The translations under genes and the position numbers were made by a program. Shown here in pieces: positions 48,181 through 58,400 of a stretch of 64,000 nucleotides of DNA. The notes beneath the pieces are model-generated. The model made no database searches and was not told the DNA's origin. It saw nothing but the letters and a program-made list of their open reading frames with translations. This DNA comes from Methanobacteriota archaeon (GTDB lineage: Archaea > Thermoplasmatota > E2 > DHVEG-1), in the NCBI GenBank assembly GCA_963769885.1, contig CAVYNH010000006.1, positions 352,001-416,000 on the forward strand, given 5' to 3'. Position 1 is the stretch's first letter; the number at the start of each line of letters is the position of its first letter.

Positions 48181-48354
48181 TCATAGTGAGTCGAGTGCCA
48201 CGGCTTGTGTGATGTAGTACGTGAGGGCGTCTGCGTCGAGGTCTTGGAGGGTCTTGATTTTCATGTGTTTGGAGAAGGTTCCTTTGCCTTGGAGGAGGCC
48301 GTATTTGTCTTCGAACTTGGCTCCTTGGGCGAAGGCGAAGGTGAAAGAAGCCAC
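48181..48354 (-). pseudogene. 3' half of a DUF1801/YdhG-like gene
   Basis: FTFAFAQGAKFEDKYGLLQGKGTFSKHMKIKTLQDLDADALTYYITQAVALDSL*; the N-terminal half is missing. Confidence 0.65.
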
Positions 48355-48390
48355 GGGGTCGCAAGGATCGAGGCCGTTTCGTGGGGACTG

Positions 48391-49461
48391 CTAGCTGACG
48401 TTTTTCACGGTATACGTCCATCCTGCGGTGTAGCTGGCGACGAACTCGCGCATCTCTTGTTCGATGTCATTGATCTGAGCGCGGGTGTACCCGTCGACGT
48501 AGTCGAAGTCGGAGTGCAGGTTCGCCAGGGTCATGCCGTGCTTGTCAGAGCCGATGATGGACCTGGCGTTGTCATAGGTGCCGATGTACCCGCGTTCGTC
48601 TGGGACCGGCAGGTTCCCGAGGTATCTCGTCGTGGTTTCAGTCCAGCCGTACGGATAGAGCGTGCACCAGGCTTTCCCCCACTCTTGATAATCGCATGAG
48701 CTGAAGATGCTCTGGGCAGGTTTCGGGTTCCCGTTGAAATGGATATGGAGCTCGTAGTACCGCACGTACGGGCTGGGGTCCCAGGCGATGTATGCCCCGC
48801 AATAAAAACTGTAGTCGATCTGGTCCGGGTAATTTTCCCATGGCGTAAAATTCGTCTCGTATTCGTAAAGTTGTACCGGGACGTCGAAGGTGATGCTCGC
48901 CGAGGTGTTCTTCTGGCTCTCGTTATGCTCCCTGGTGTGCTCGAGTTTCTCTGAGGGTATATAGCCGATGCCGATGGTGCTGAAATGGGTGATTGGCCCG
49001 GTGACGGTCTGGTGTGCGGTATCGGCAACGCATCCCTGGATTTTCATCCACTCGGTGCCGGAGAGGACGAACAAGTGGAGGATGTCCGCCGGGGTGTCAG
49101 CAGGGATCTTCGAAGGGTTGTACTGCATAGTGAGGCTGACGTTGTCAGCAAACACGGTTCCCTCCGGGCCAAAGGTATAACAGTTTGCTAAGACGATATC
49201 AGAATCATACGGGGGATCTGGGACCGAGTCGAGTGTCACGGCGACGTCCTGCAAGGTAGCGTTCTCGGGAACGGAAAAATGGACTCTTTCGTCTGCGAGA
49301 TCGTATTCTCCCCCTGTTGCAGTGATCGTGCATTCATCATGGATAGGTAGCGCTGAAGGAGTATTGTTCGCGTTGTTCGAGGTCTGGTTCGCACAGCCGC
49401 TGAGTAGCAATACGGCCAGAAGAACGATGCTGAGTAAGGCACCAACGGTTCTTTTCTTCAT
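48391..49461 (-). CDS. Lipoprotein with ZU5-like domain
   Basis: Lipobox LSGC; ITATGG, VPENA, FGPEGTVF and THFS motifs. Confidence 0.75.
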   Translation of the reverse strand: MKKRTVGALLSIVLLAVLLLSGCANQTSNNANNTPSALPIHDECTITATGGEYDLADERVHFSVPENATLQDVAVTLDSVPDPPYDSDIVLANCYTFGPEGTVFADNVSLTMQYNPSKIPADTPADILHLFVLSGTEWMKIQGCVADTAHQTVTGPITHFSTIGIGYIPSEKLEHTREHNESQKNTSASITFDVPVQLYEYETNFTPWENYPDQIDYSFYCGAYIAWDPSPYVRYYELHIHFNGNPKPAQSIFSSCDYQEWGKAWCTLYPYGWTETTTRYLGNLPVPDERGYIGTYDNARSIIGSDKHGMTLANLHSDFDYVDGYTRAQINDIEQEMREFVASYTAGWTYTVKNVS

Positions 49462-49616
49462 AAGCTTCGCCTCCTTTCTCTAGGAAGATGAAACGAAATC
49501 ATATTTTTAATCGTATCTAAATAAATGGGATAAAAAAAAGAGCCGATATCGAGCCATCGCAGGATTCATAACAGGATTGATTTAAGTATCGCAAGAGACC
49601 CTCCAGGAGAGGTAAG

Positions 49617-49689
49617 TGGGCCAGGCCGGAATTGAACCGGCGGCCTCCGCGTTGTAAGCGCGACGTCATAACCACTAGACCACTGGCCC
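49617..49689 (-). tRNA. trnV: tRNA-Val(TAC), copy 1 (acceptor and T stems fully paired)
   Basis: GGGCCAG TG GTCT AGTGGTT ATGAC G TCGCG CT TAC AA CGCGG AGGCC GCCGG TTCAATT CCGGC CTGGCCC A. Confidence 0.95.
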
Positions 49690-49709
49690 ATCTTTTTTTT
49701 TTATGTTGT

Positions 49710-49997
49710 TCATTTTTTTTTTAATAGCGTGTAAATATTTATGGAAAGAAGTGGGACTAAGATGAAAAATAGGTATTCTTCAATCGGCAGTCCGAAAAGT
49801 GTACCAACGATTTCTTTTGAAGAGAAGGTCCATATTCCCATCTGGACTGAGAGGTGATCCCAGATGAACCCGATGAGAAAGAGAATCAGGAGCGATAGTA
49901 GTAAGTTTTTCCATTGTAATTTGGCTCTGTTGAGATATAGAAGAATACTATTTGGAATAAGAACGAATGCGATAAGCAAGATGAGGTATAAGTACAT
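49710..49997 (-). CDS. Lycopene cyclase domain (CrtYc/Yd, CarR-type) small membrane protein
   Basis: WDHLSVQMGIWTF and GLPIEEYLFF signature. Confidence 0.85.
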   Translation of the reverse strand: MYLYLILLIAFVLIPNSILLYLNRAKLQWKNLLLSLLILFLIGFIWDHLSVQMGIWTFSSKEIVGTLFGLPIEEYLFFILVPLLSINIYTLLKKK

Positions 49998-50101
49998 ATG
50001 AACGTGATAAAAGTGGCCTATTATTTATGTGTGTGCATTGATTCTTTTCTCTACTGGTGAACGAGTCGACCCTTAACGGCTCTCATGGAATGCTGTGTAC
50101 T

Positions 50102-51196
50102 CTAGGTTCTTTTCACTTTATTGATCTGATGTTCGATGGCCCGATACGCGTTTTGTATAGCTTGCATGGGGCCGTACCCCTCAGAGGTGGTATAGAAGAT
50201 GCCGGGTCTTCCAGAGAGTTTCATTTCGCAGACGACGCGATGGAGTCCTTGTTTTGTTTCCTTGTGTTGTTCAAGGGTGACATGGAGGTAGCCGACTTCG
50301 AGATATTTTTCGTAGTTTTTGAGGAATTCCTCTCTGAGGACGTCTGCAGTTTCTTGTTTGTCGAACCCTTCGACTTTGTCGTTGTTATGGTGGAACTGGA
50401 TCTCGATGGTCTCTTCTCGGTCGAATCCTCCGTAGGGTGCGAGCAGTTCGTGGTGAGTGACGATGCCGTAGAGGTGGTTGTCTTTTCCGATGAGAATCCC
50501 TGGTTGTTCGAACTTGTGCATCTTGGCGTGGGCATCTTTTATAGAGGTTTCCGGCGGTATAAGTAAGGGCTGTTCTTGCATGATGGTTTTCGCCGGGAGG
50601 TTCAGTTTCTGCCGGCGTTCTGATTCAACGTCGGAGCGTCCCTCGACGTTGCTGTGCGCATGTATGACTTTGTTAATGATAGTGTTGATGGTGATCGAGC
50701 CGACAACAACAGAATGATCAACCACGGCAAGATACAAGACGTTATCATGTTGGAACAGGTGAAGGACTTTCCCTATGGTTTCCTCTGGGCTAATGGAGAG
50801 TGGTTCACTGCACATGATCGTGTTTATTGGTTGTGATCCAAGATTTTGTTCTGTGAGTGTTTTCACGATGCTGTCTGCGGTGACCACACCAATGATAGTT
50901 TCGTTTTCGAGGACGGGGAGGGTATAGACGTGGCTTTCGATCATGGCCCGAGCGATTTCTTCTACGGGTGTATCTAAGGAAAGTTTTTGGGTGTGGGAAA
51001 GCAAGGTGTGTAGTTTTGTTTTTAATGTTGTTTTGGGGTCCAACAATGTTCGTTGGAGCAGCATACCCTGGTATTTCTCGTGGTCAGTGATGACAATAGC
51101 GTCGGTGTCGTTGAACAAGTTAATGACTTGGGAGAAGATGTCGTTTGCGTCTCTTTTAATCACGTCTTTATCAAGGATGTCTTGTGCAGTTACCAT
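50102..51196 (-). CDS. Four-CBS-domain protein with C-terminal HPF/RaiA-like domain (candidate ribosome hibernation factor)
   Basis: Tandem CBS motifs (LPVLE..IIGVVT, YGIVT). C-terminal LHVTLEQHK...VCEMKL...FYTTSEGYGPMQAIQNAYRAIEHQINK. Confidence 0.75.
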   Translation of the reverse strand: MVTAQDILDKDVIKRDANDIFSQVINLFNDTDAIVITDHEKYQGMLLQRTLLDPKTTLKTKLHTLLSHTQKLSLDTPVEEIARAMIESHVYTLPVLENETIIGVVTADSIVKTLTEQNLGSQPINTIMCSEPLSISPEETIGKVLHLFQHDNVLYLAVVDHSVVVGSITINTIINKVIHAHSNVEGRSDVESERRQKLNLPAKTIMQEQPLLIPPETSIKDAHAKMHKFEQPGILIGKDNHLYGIVTHHELLAPYGGFDREETIEIQFHHNNDKVEGFDKQETADVLREEFLKNYEKYLEVGYLHVTLEQHKETKQGLHRVVCEMKLSGRPGIFYTTSEGYGPMQAIQNAYRAIEHQINKVKRT

Positions 51197-51347
51197 ACGG
51201 ATTTCAACTCCCTCCCTGATGGAGAATGAAATTTATAATGTTTTTCAGAGAAAAAACCCCCGGTTCTACCCAGATACAGGAAGCAAAGCTGACCGCTGAA
51301 TTTCACCGTATGCACACGATACTAAAGGAAGTGGTACAAGGGAACCG

Positions 51348-51746
51348 TCATTTGGAAGGTTCAAAGTAGGCCTTGAGTCGATCCCAGTACCATTCCTGCC
51401 ATCCCTGCTGGATCTCCGGATAGGCCTCGGCCGGGATATCGGTCTGGGTGAACTCAAGGGTCGTCTTGCCGCCTTTCTCTGAAAACAGGAAGGTCACGGT
51501 GGTGTAATGGTCCTTCGGCCAATCCGCTGCCCGCCATGTCTGCACGATTTTCTTATCCGGGATTAATTCGAGATTCTTCCCTGTCGCGTACCCGTCGTAG
51601 GTTTTGAAGCTGCCTCCTACCCTTCGGCTGATTGCCGCCTGCGAGTCCGTGAACGCCGCATGCTTCTTCGAATCCATCAGCGCTTCGTAGAGGTCATGCG
51701 CAGTCGCCTTGAAGACGATGGTCTGATGCAGAGTCTTTGTTTTCAT
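51348..51746 (-). CDS. SRPBCC/AHSA1 family protein
   Basis: LYEALMD, VGGSF, PDKKIVQTWR and GWQEWYW motifs. Confidence 0.9.
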   Translation of the reverse strand: MKTKTLHQTIVFKATAHDLYEALMDSKKHAAFTDSQAAISRRVGGSFKTYDGYATGKNLELIPDKKIVQTWRAADWPKDHYTTVTFLFSEKGGKTTLEFTQTDIPAEAYPEIQQGWQEWYWDRLKAYFEPSK

Positions 51747-51915
51747 CTGGAAACACCTTACGCAGATGGACAAAACCATCCCCGGATAAGAATGTTACGA
51801 GGCCTTTTTTCCAGGAGAGGATTCAGGGGGTGTGAAGCGACACGGAAGAACAATCGTGGAGGGCGACCCTGTGATTCCTTGAGACGAAGTGTTGTCGCGT
51901 ATTGCGAAAAGAAGA

Positions 51916-51988
51916 TGGGCCGGACCGGAATTGAACCGGCGGCCTCCGCGTTGTAAGCGCGACGTCATAACCACTAGGCCACTGGCCC
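51916..51988 (-). tRNA. trnV: tRNA-Val(TAC), copy 2 (three substitutions; possibly degenerate)
   Basis: Same as copy 1 except D-stem GCCT (C:A), T-stem end CCGGT (G:U) and acceptor CCGGCCC (A6:C67). Followed by TCTTCTTTT. Confidence 0.85.
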
Positions 51989-52055
51989 AGGTTTCAGAGA
52001 ATGATAAACCTGATAGAAACTATGAAATATCCATCGGGATTTAATCTTACTTACG

Positions 52056-52883
52056 TTGCTAAGGCATATTAAAGTCTTCCTCAACTTTATTCGAATTCGA
52101 AGTTTTGCGCCAATACTCGTTCTGGTTTTCACAGGAGCGTTCGCTGGTGCAGGGCTGTCAAGTTTTTCACTCCCCGTGCTGTTCGCCTTAATTTCAATCA
52201 CCTTTGCGTGTGCCGGGGCCATCTCTCTCAATAATTACTATGATCTTGAAGTCGACAGAATAGTGCATTCAGAGCGGCCGTTGCCATCCGGAGAACTCAC
52301 CCCCAACCAAGGATTATTAATCGCATTCTCTTGTTGTGCTATGGCGCTGGTGATTGCCGCCTTCGTTAACCTCCCCTTTTTCATCATGGTGCTTTTTGGG
52401 TATGGAATCTGTATCCTCTATGAAAAAGTCACAAAAGACCAAGGATTCATTGGCAACGTCCTTGTCGCGTTCCTCGCAGGGGCTACGGTATGCGGCGGAT
52501 TTGCCGTCAATAACCCGATCCCCGCCTTGATTATATCGGTCCTTGTCTTTCCCCAAACACTCGGGGGAGAAGTTCTTCGTGATGTCCGAGACGTTGAAGG
52601 AGATCGCGTAAAGCGACGCACCCTCCCCATGCAAATAGGAGAAAAAAATGCCGTGTATATCGGCTGCTATTTCTTGGGCACGACCCTGCTTTTCATCCCC
52701 CTCCCAATCCTATTAGACACGTTCAATTCATGGTATTTACCTGGCATGGTTCTCACGAGCATTCTCTTGATTCTCGGAATTGGATATTCTGTCTCTAATC
52801 CCAAGAATGTGAAAAGAACACTTCAAATCACGAGAGTGGCATTATTACTTACTCTCGCGACATGCATAGTTGCGAGTATATAA
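52056..52883 (+). CDS. UbiA-family prenyltransferase (DGGGP-synthase-like paralog)
   Basis: NNYYDLEVDRIVHSERPLPSG and EVLRDVRDVEGD motifs. Confidence 0.88.
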   Translation: MLRHIKVFLNFIRIRSFAPILVLVFTGAFAGAGLSSFSLPVLFALISITFACAGAISLNNYYDLEVDRIVHSERPLPSGELTPNQGLLIAFSCCAMALVIAAFVNLPFFIMVLFGYGICILYEKVTKDQGFIGNVLVAFLAGATVCGGFAVNNPIPALIISVLVFPQTLGGEVLRDVRDVEGDRVKRRTLPMQIGEKNAVYIGCYFLGTTLLFIPLPILLDTFNSWYLPGMVLTSILLILGIGYSVSNPKNVKRTLQITRVALLLTLATCIVASI

Positions 52884-52934
52884 ACATTGATTACAAAATT
52901 CTTAAATTGCACAATGATTTCTTCAAGGGTTCTT

Positions 52935-55406
52935 ATGCCGCAAAAAAAAATTCTAATTCTTCCTCTCCATCAAGTGCGGCGTACAGATGAAGCACTCGTC
53001 GGAAGAAAGGCAGCCCATCTTGGGGAACTGTCATCATTTCTGCCGGTCCCAAACGGCTTCTGCGTGACGATTTCAAGTTTCCAACTCTTCCTCGAATACA
53101 ACAAAATTGACGCGATATCAACACCAGATCGCTTGACAGAGCAGAGGTGCTCTCAAATACAGGCGGGGATAACGAATGGCCAATGGCCTCGAAGCCTAAA
53201 AAAAGAAATCATTGACTCATACCAAAAGCTTCAGGCGTCCATCGTCGCGGTCCGCAGCTCCGGCCTTTCCGAGGATCAGCCCGAGGCGAGCTACGCTGGG
53301 CAACTTGCCACCACACTTGGGATAACAACCGAGGCAGCGCTCCTCGATGCCATTAAAACCTGCTGGGCTTCCCTCTTCGCCCCTCGTGTTCTCACCTATC
53401 GGAACACCATCAATGACCGAGGTTCATTGTTGGGCGCGGTCATTGTACAAGAGATGATCAACGCTGACTTCTCCGGCGTCACCTTCACTCAAGATCCCCT
53501 CGTCAGTCAATACCTTGTGATTGAGACCATTGCCGGATTGGGACAAGGCCTCGTCTCAGGGACAATCACCCCGAGCAGATATATCTTCAAAAGGAAGAAC
53601 CTCCAGCTCCAACAGATCAAACAAAACAACCAGCCACAACAAATCACCATGGGGCCGCACGGTATCAGAACAGTCCCCTTTAATCAATTCCCCACTCTTC
53701 CGAAACCTACGGCAAAGGAAATCGTTCGGAAAAGTATGCAGATTGAACGACACTTCGGAAGCCCCCAGGACATCGAATGGGTGATAGGACAAAATCGTCT
53801 TTTCTTTGTTCAGACACGGCCGATTTCAATTCGGCCACCTGAACAACTCTGGACACGCACATTCGGCGACGAGTACATCTCCGGCGTCATGTCTCCCTTA
53901 TTTTTCTCCTGGTGTGCAGAATTAATGGGCACTAATGTCGTGAAACAGCAACAGGGATATCTTTTCGTCACCACCTCCTTTCTTCAGAATTTCTTCAACA
54001 TCCAGCATTTACCCCGGTTCTGCCGACGCAGCCTCATCCGGAATAATTTTCCCCTGTGCATGCAGGAGGAATTGTCAAATCTCCCGTATGCACCACAGCA
54101 AAAACTCATCCTTGAATTTATGAAACTTCTTACATCTCCCGATGTCCTTTTTTTCACCACACCACAAGCCTATCAGCAATTCGAAAAAGGATATCGTCGA
54201 TACATAGCGGAATTTGACAAGCAGCTTGCTTCTGCGTCAACCCCGCATGACCTTCTAACGCTGTATTCTCAACTCAACACCATGTTTGCGCCGCATCTCA
54301 AGCTGAGTTTTGCAGGAGTTGGACACTGTCTCACTCTTACCTCCTTGTTAGAAGGGCTTCTCAAACGTTGGCTTCACGACTCCTCTTTCCTTTACACGTT
54401 ACTTACAGAAACGTCCAATAGAACCACAGAGACAAACACCACGCTCGCCTCACTAGCGCGACAGGTACAACAGGGCAAGAGCCTTACTGAGCTATTCACC
54501 CATGAAACTGGATACATTCTTCAGCATCTCCCACAGCATCCCTCATTTTCTCAAGACTTCGGCCAGTTCCTAACGGACTATGGACATCGATCATTCACCA
54601 GAGACCCTCTGTACCCTCGATGGAATGAACAACCATCGCTCGTGATTGACAATATCAAAAACATCACGAAGAAATCACGCACCGATCTTGAAGAAAATAC
54701 TCTCTCTTCTCCATCGCAGCAGGAAGCAATACAGCGTCTAAAAAAATTGACGATAGGCAAATATCTTCTGGTAAAAATCCTCCTATCCTACACAGTCAAG
54801 TATATCAATTTTAGAGAAAATGAACGATTCATCCTCGACCTCCATATTTCTCGAATGCGAGCATTATACCTGGCGATGGGACAGATGCTCGTTGAGAGAA
54901 AGAAGTTAAAGAAAAAAGAGGATGTCTTCTATCTCAGCATTGGTACCGTTCGCAGTCTTCTAACTGGAGAAAACCAGGACGTACTCAAACAAATCAGCCA
55001 AACAAAACAAGAGTATAAAAAGAATCTGGAAACGATTCCTCCAAAATTCTTACGCGGCGATTCAGCACTCGATGATTTCCAACCAGAACTAGTTGGCACA
55101 CCCGCTAGTAGCGGAATCATTAAAGGGAAGGCCCGTGTAATTGCAGCCATCGATGAATTCCCCACTCTCCAGGCGAATGAGATTCTGATTACTCGAATTA
55201 TCGATCCTGGAATGACCCCCTATTTTTCTACTATCGCCGGTGTTATAACTGAAATCGGCGGCGTTCTCTGTCACGGTGCAATTCTGGCTCGAGAATATCA
55301 CATTCCTGCAGTCACTGGAGTACACGGAGCCCTCGACAAAATATCCACAGGCGATGAGGTTACAATTGATGGCGATACCGGTAGAATTTACGTCAAGAAA
55401 AAATAA
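52935..55406 (+). CDS. PEP-synthase/rifampin-phosphotransferase-like dikinase (ATP-grasp, helical substrate domain, phospho-His swivel)
   Basis: VGRKAAHLGEL, VAVRSSG..ED...SYAGQ, PQDIEW, QTRPI, YGHR, GGVLCHGAILAREY; no pyruvate TIM barrel. Confidence 0.9.
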   Translation: MPQKKILILPLHQVRRTDEALVGRKAAHLGELSSFLPVPNGFCVTISSFQLFLEYNKIDAISTPDRLTEQRCSQIQAGITNGQWPRSLKKEIIDSYQKLQASIVAVRSSGLSEDQPEASYAGQLATTLGITTEAALLDAIKTCWASLFAPRVLTYRNTINDRGSLLGAVIVQEMINADFSGVTFTQDPLVSQYLVIETIAGLGQGLVSGTITPSRYIFKRKNLQLQQIKQNNQPQQITMGPHGIRTVPFNQFPTLPKPTAKEIVRKSMQIERHFGSPQDIEWVIGQNRLFFVQTRPISIRPPEQLWTRTFGDEYISGVMSPLFFSWCAELMGTNVVKQQQGYLFVTTSFLQNFFNIQHLPRFCRRSLIRNNFPLCMQEELSNLPYAPQQKLILEFMKLLTSPDVLFFTTPQAYQQFEKGYRRYIAEFDKQLASASTPHDLLTLYSQLNTMFAPHLKLSFAGVGHCLTLTSLLEGLLKRWLHDSSFLYTLLTETSNRTTETNTTLASLARQVQQGKSLTELFTHETGYILQHLPQHPSFSQDFGQFLTDYGHRSFTRDPLYPRWNEQPSLVIDNIKNITKKSRTDLEENTLSSPSQQEAIQRLKKLTIGKYLLVKILLSYTVKYINFRENERFILDLHISRMRALYLAMGQMLVERKKLKKKEDVFYLSIGTVRSLLTGENQDVLKQISQTKQEYKKNLETIPPKFLRGDSALDDFQPELVGTPASSGIIKGKARVIAAIDEFPTLQANEILITRIIDPGMTPYFSTIAGVITEIGGVLCHGAILAREYHIPAVTGVHGALDKISTGDEVTIDGDTGRIYVKKK

Positions 55407-55458
55407 CTACACATTTTTTCTTTAAAAAAGGGTATTTCGGGTATTGAAGGATTATTTG

Positions 55459-58400
55459 CTATTGTTCTAGAACCGTATCTTTGGGAGCTTCTGCCTTCCT
55501 TGTGAGTCGTCCCTGGATTCTTCGTGCGAATATTGTCAGCAGGGCGAGGACGGCGGCGGCGATGATGAGGCAGAAGCCAAGGCCGGGTCCCCATGAACAG
55601 GGGACCTTCACCTGCTCGGTGCCGCCGGGGAGGGTGACGTCAAGCGTGCCGCTACCCATGAAGCTGCCGACGCCGATCTGGGTCACTTGGGAAAAGGCGT
55701 AGTAGAAGACGCCGAGGATCATTAAAATCACGATCACCGCCAGAATTGAAAAGATGAGTGTGGTCTTCCTCAGCCGTAGGCTGGCCACCAGGCTAATGAT
55801 GAGGAGGACGCAGGCGATGCCGACGAGCAAAGACAAGAGCCCTAGCACCATGGTGACCTCCGCGGGGACCGCGCTGATTTCGCCGCCGATGGCGTTCGTC
55901 GCCTTCGTCATGGTCACGATCTGCGGGGGGATGACGAGCGTGTTGGTGGTAGTCGAGACCACGCCGGTCTGGCCGTTGAGGACCCACCAGGGGGATGCGA
56001 GGGCGATGATGAGGAGGCCGACGGTGGCGATCTTCAAGGTCGGGTTCGGTCGGCGTTTCCAGAGAAAGAAGACGAGGGCGCCGATGGCGACGGCAATGCC
56101 GAGGGCGGTTAACAGGGCATGCAGGGTCGACCCTTGGGTGGTGACGAGGTCAAGGGATTTCTCCCCTCGGACCTGGACTTGCTGTTGGGCGATGGTTTCC
56201 TGTCCTGATTGGACGAGGAGTTCGTAGTCGCCCGGAGGAATGCTGATGGTGGCGGTGCCGTCCAGGGTGATCTCAGTAGTGTTGGTCTTCTCTTGGCGTT
56301 GGACGCTGACGCTGCCGTGGGAGAGTCGGTTCGCGTAGGAGTCGTAGAGGGTCAGGTTGATGGGGAATTCGGCGGGGAAGACGATGGCAAGTGTGGTGTC
56401 TTTGTCGATGGTGAGATTGCGGTCGACTTTGAAGGTCTTGTAGGAAAGGCTGAGGCGGTAGGGGGCCGGGGGGATGTCGGCGAACTGGTAGGCGCCGGCC
56501 TGGGTCGTGGTCGCATGGATGGCAGTGGGTTGAGTCATGTCGCCGCTGGTGAGGGCAGGGTTGAGGTCGACGGCGGGGGGAAAGCCCCAGGTGTCGGTGG
56601 TGGTGAGGCTGAGGCGGTAGCGTTGGAGGGTGAAGGAGGTTTTCATGGCGATGAAGTGGCGGAGGGTGGTGAGACGGATGGTTTTGGTGCCGATTTGAAA
56701 CCCCCGATAGTTGAGTGCGAGTCGGTACGGTTTGAGAGGAGAGCAGGGGGCGGTGAGGCGGGCGGTGCCGTTTTGGTCGGTGGCGGCCTCGGCGATGGTT
56801 GCGTCGTCGAGCGTAAAGGTACAGTAGGCGTTGGGAACCGGGGTGTTGGTCTGGTCGTTGAGCGTGACGGTGATGGTGCCTTGAGAGCGGCAGCGGATGT
56901 GGATGGTGGTGTCTTGTGTGAGGTTGACGACGGCGACGCCGATGTATTGGTGTTCTTTGGCGTGGCGGGGGTTTTCGCGGTAGATTTTGATGACGTAGGT
57001 GCCGAGGTCGAGGTTGGGGAATCTGATCTTCTTGTGCAAGGAGGAGTTTTTCAAGTCGAAGATGCCGAGAATCATCTGGAGTTTTTGGCGGAGGTTCGTG
57101 CCGGAGAAGTTGAGGGAGATGGCGCCGAGGGAGAGGCGTCCGACGGTGCCTGAGGAACGGAAAGTGGTCTGTTGGTAGAGTTCGGCGTAGATGTAGGAGA
57201 GGTTCTTGCCGAGGGCGGCGGAGAGGAGGGAGCCGAGGGGAACGGAGGGGGCGTGGCGGACGTAGACGGTCAGGTTGTAGCGTGTGGTTTTCTTTTCGGT
57301 TGCGGTTGTGTTTTCCCGGAAGATGGGGACGGTTTGGATCAGGTGCTGATAGAGGGTGGATTCCTCCCCGATGGGTGTCGTGCTGGTTTTTTCCATGGTG
57401 AGGAACTCGGCCTTGTAGTGGTAGGTGTTTCCTTGGTCGATGGTGGTGAGGTGGTTGCCGTTGTGGTAGGCGGTTCTGGAGAGGGCGGTGGTTCCTGAGT
57501 CGGCTTCGAGTCCGGGGAGTTTGACGTTTTGTTTGGCCCAAGATCGGACTTGGAGGCCGTCTTCGGTGCCGTTGGTGATGCCGGTGGTGGCGCTGAAGAT
57601 GATGCTGTGGAGTTTGCCGGTGGCCGGGTCTTGGAGACTAATCCAGGCTTGTGGGCCGAGGTTGATGTCGTCCTGGGGGCTGAGGACGATCTCCGGGGTG
57701 GTGCTCTGGGGGCTGGTGGGGACGGTGTAGTTTTGGATGGTGCCATCGGTGGTGTAGACGGAAAGGCTGGGGAGGATGTCGCCGACGTTCATTTTTTGGA
57801 TAGAGGCGCTACGGGCTTTGATGGAGACGATGCCGGCGTAGAGGCCGTCTTGGATGGAAGGGTCCGGGATGGTGATGGGTTTGAGGATGGTGTGGTGGGC
57901 GTCGACCGTGATTCGTTTTGTGGTGGTGGGGCTGTAGTAGTAGGTGTAGATGTTGTCTGAGGCGATTTCTCCTTGCGGGCTGGTGCAGGTGAGGCGGACG
58001 CGCGCCATGAGGGTGCCGGTGACGAGGATGGTTTTTTTGATGTCGGTGGCGAAGGCGGTGCCGATGTAGTCCGGGGTTCCTGGGACGCCGTAGCGGAGGT
58101 CGAAGTCGGCGAGTTGGTCGAGGTTGTAGGTTTCGACGGCGGTGGAGTTGGGTTTGAATTTGATGGCGGCCAGCGCGATGGGGTTGCCGAGGAGCTGGCC
58201 TTTTTGGACAACGGTGTAGACGACGTAGCCGTCTTGGCGGATGCCGTAGTAGTCGAAGTCGATGGTCTGGCCTGGGATGGGTTCGTAGAAGTAGTGGGTG
58301 TCTTCGACGGTGATGTGGGTGGGGTAGTCGGCGGGGGGTGTTTCGGTGGGGTTGTAGAGGACGTAGAATTTGGTGTTGCTGGTGGTGGGTTCTGGGATGA

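Larger units (their letters stand above)
49690..55410. mobile_element. Lower-GC accessory island associated with the tRNA-Val copies (no integrase seen)
   Basis: Visible drop in GC and loss of the host C/G-ending codon bias in most genes; duplicated tRNA. Confidence 0.5.

Noticed and set aside
52935-55406. ppsA (PEP synthase)
   Set aside because: Lacks the C-terminal pyruvate-binding barrel; the His domain is terminal, as in RPH-type enzymes.
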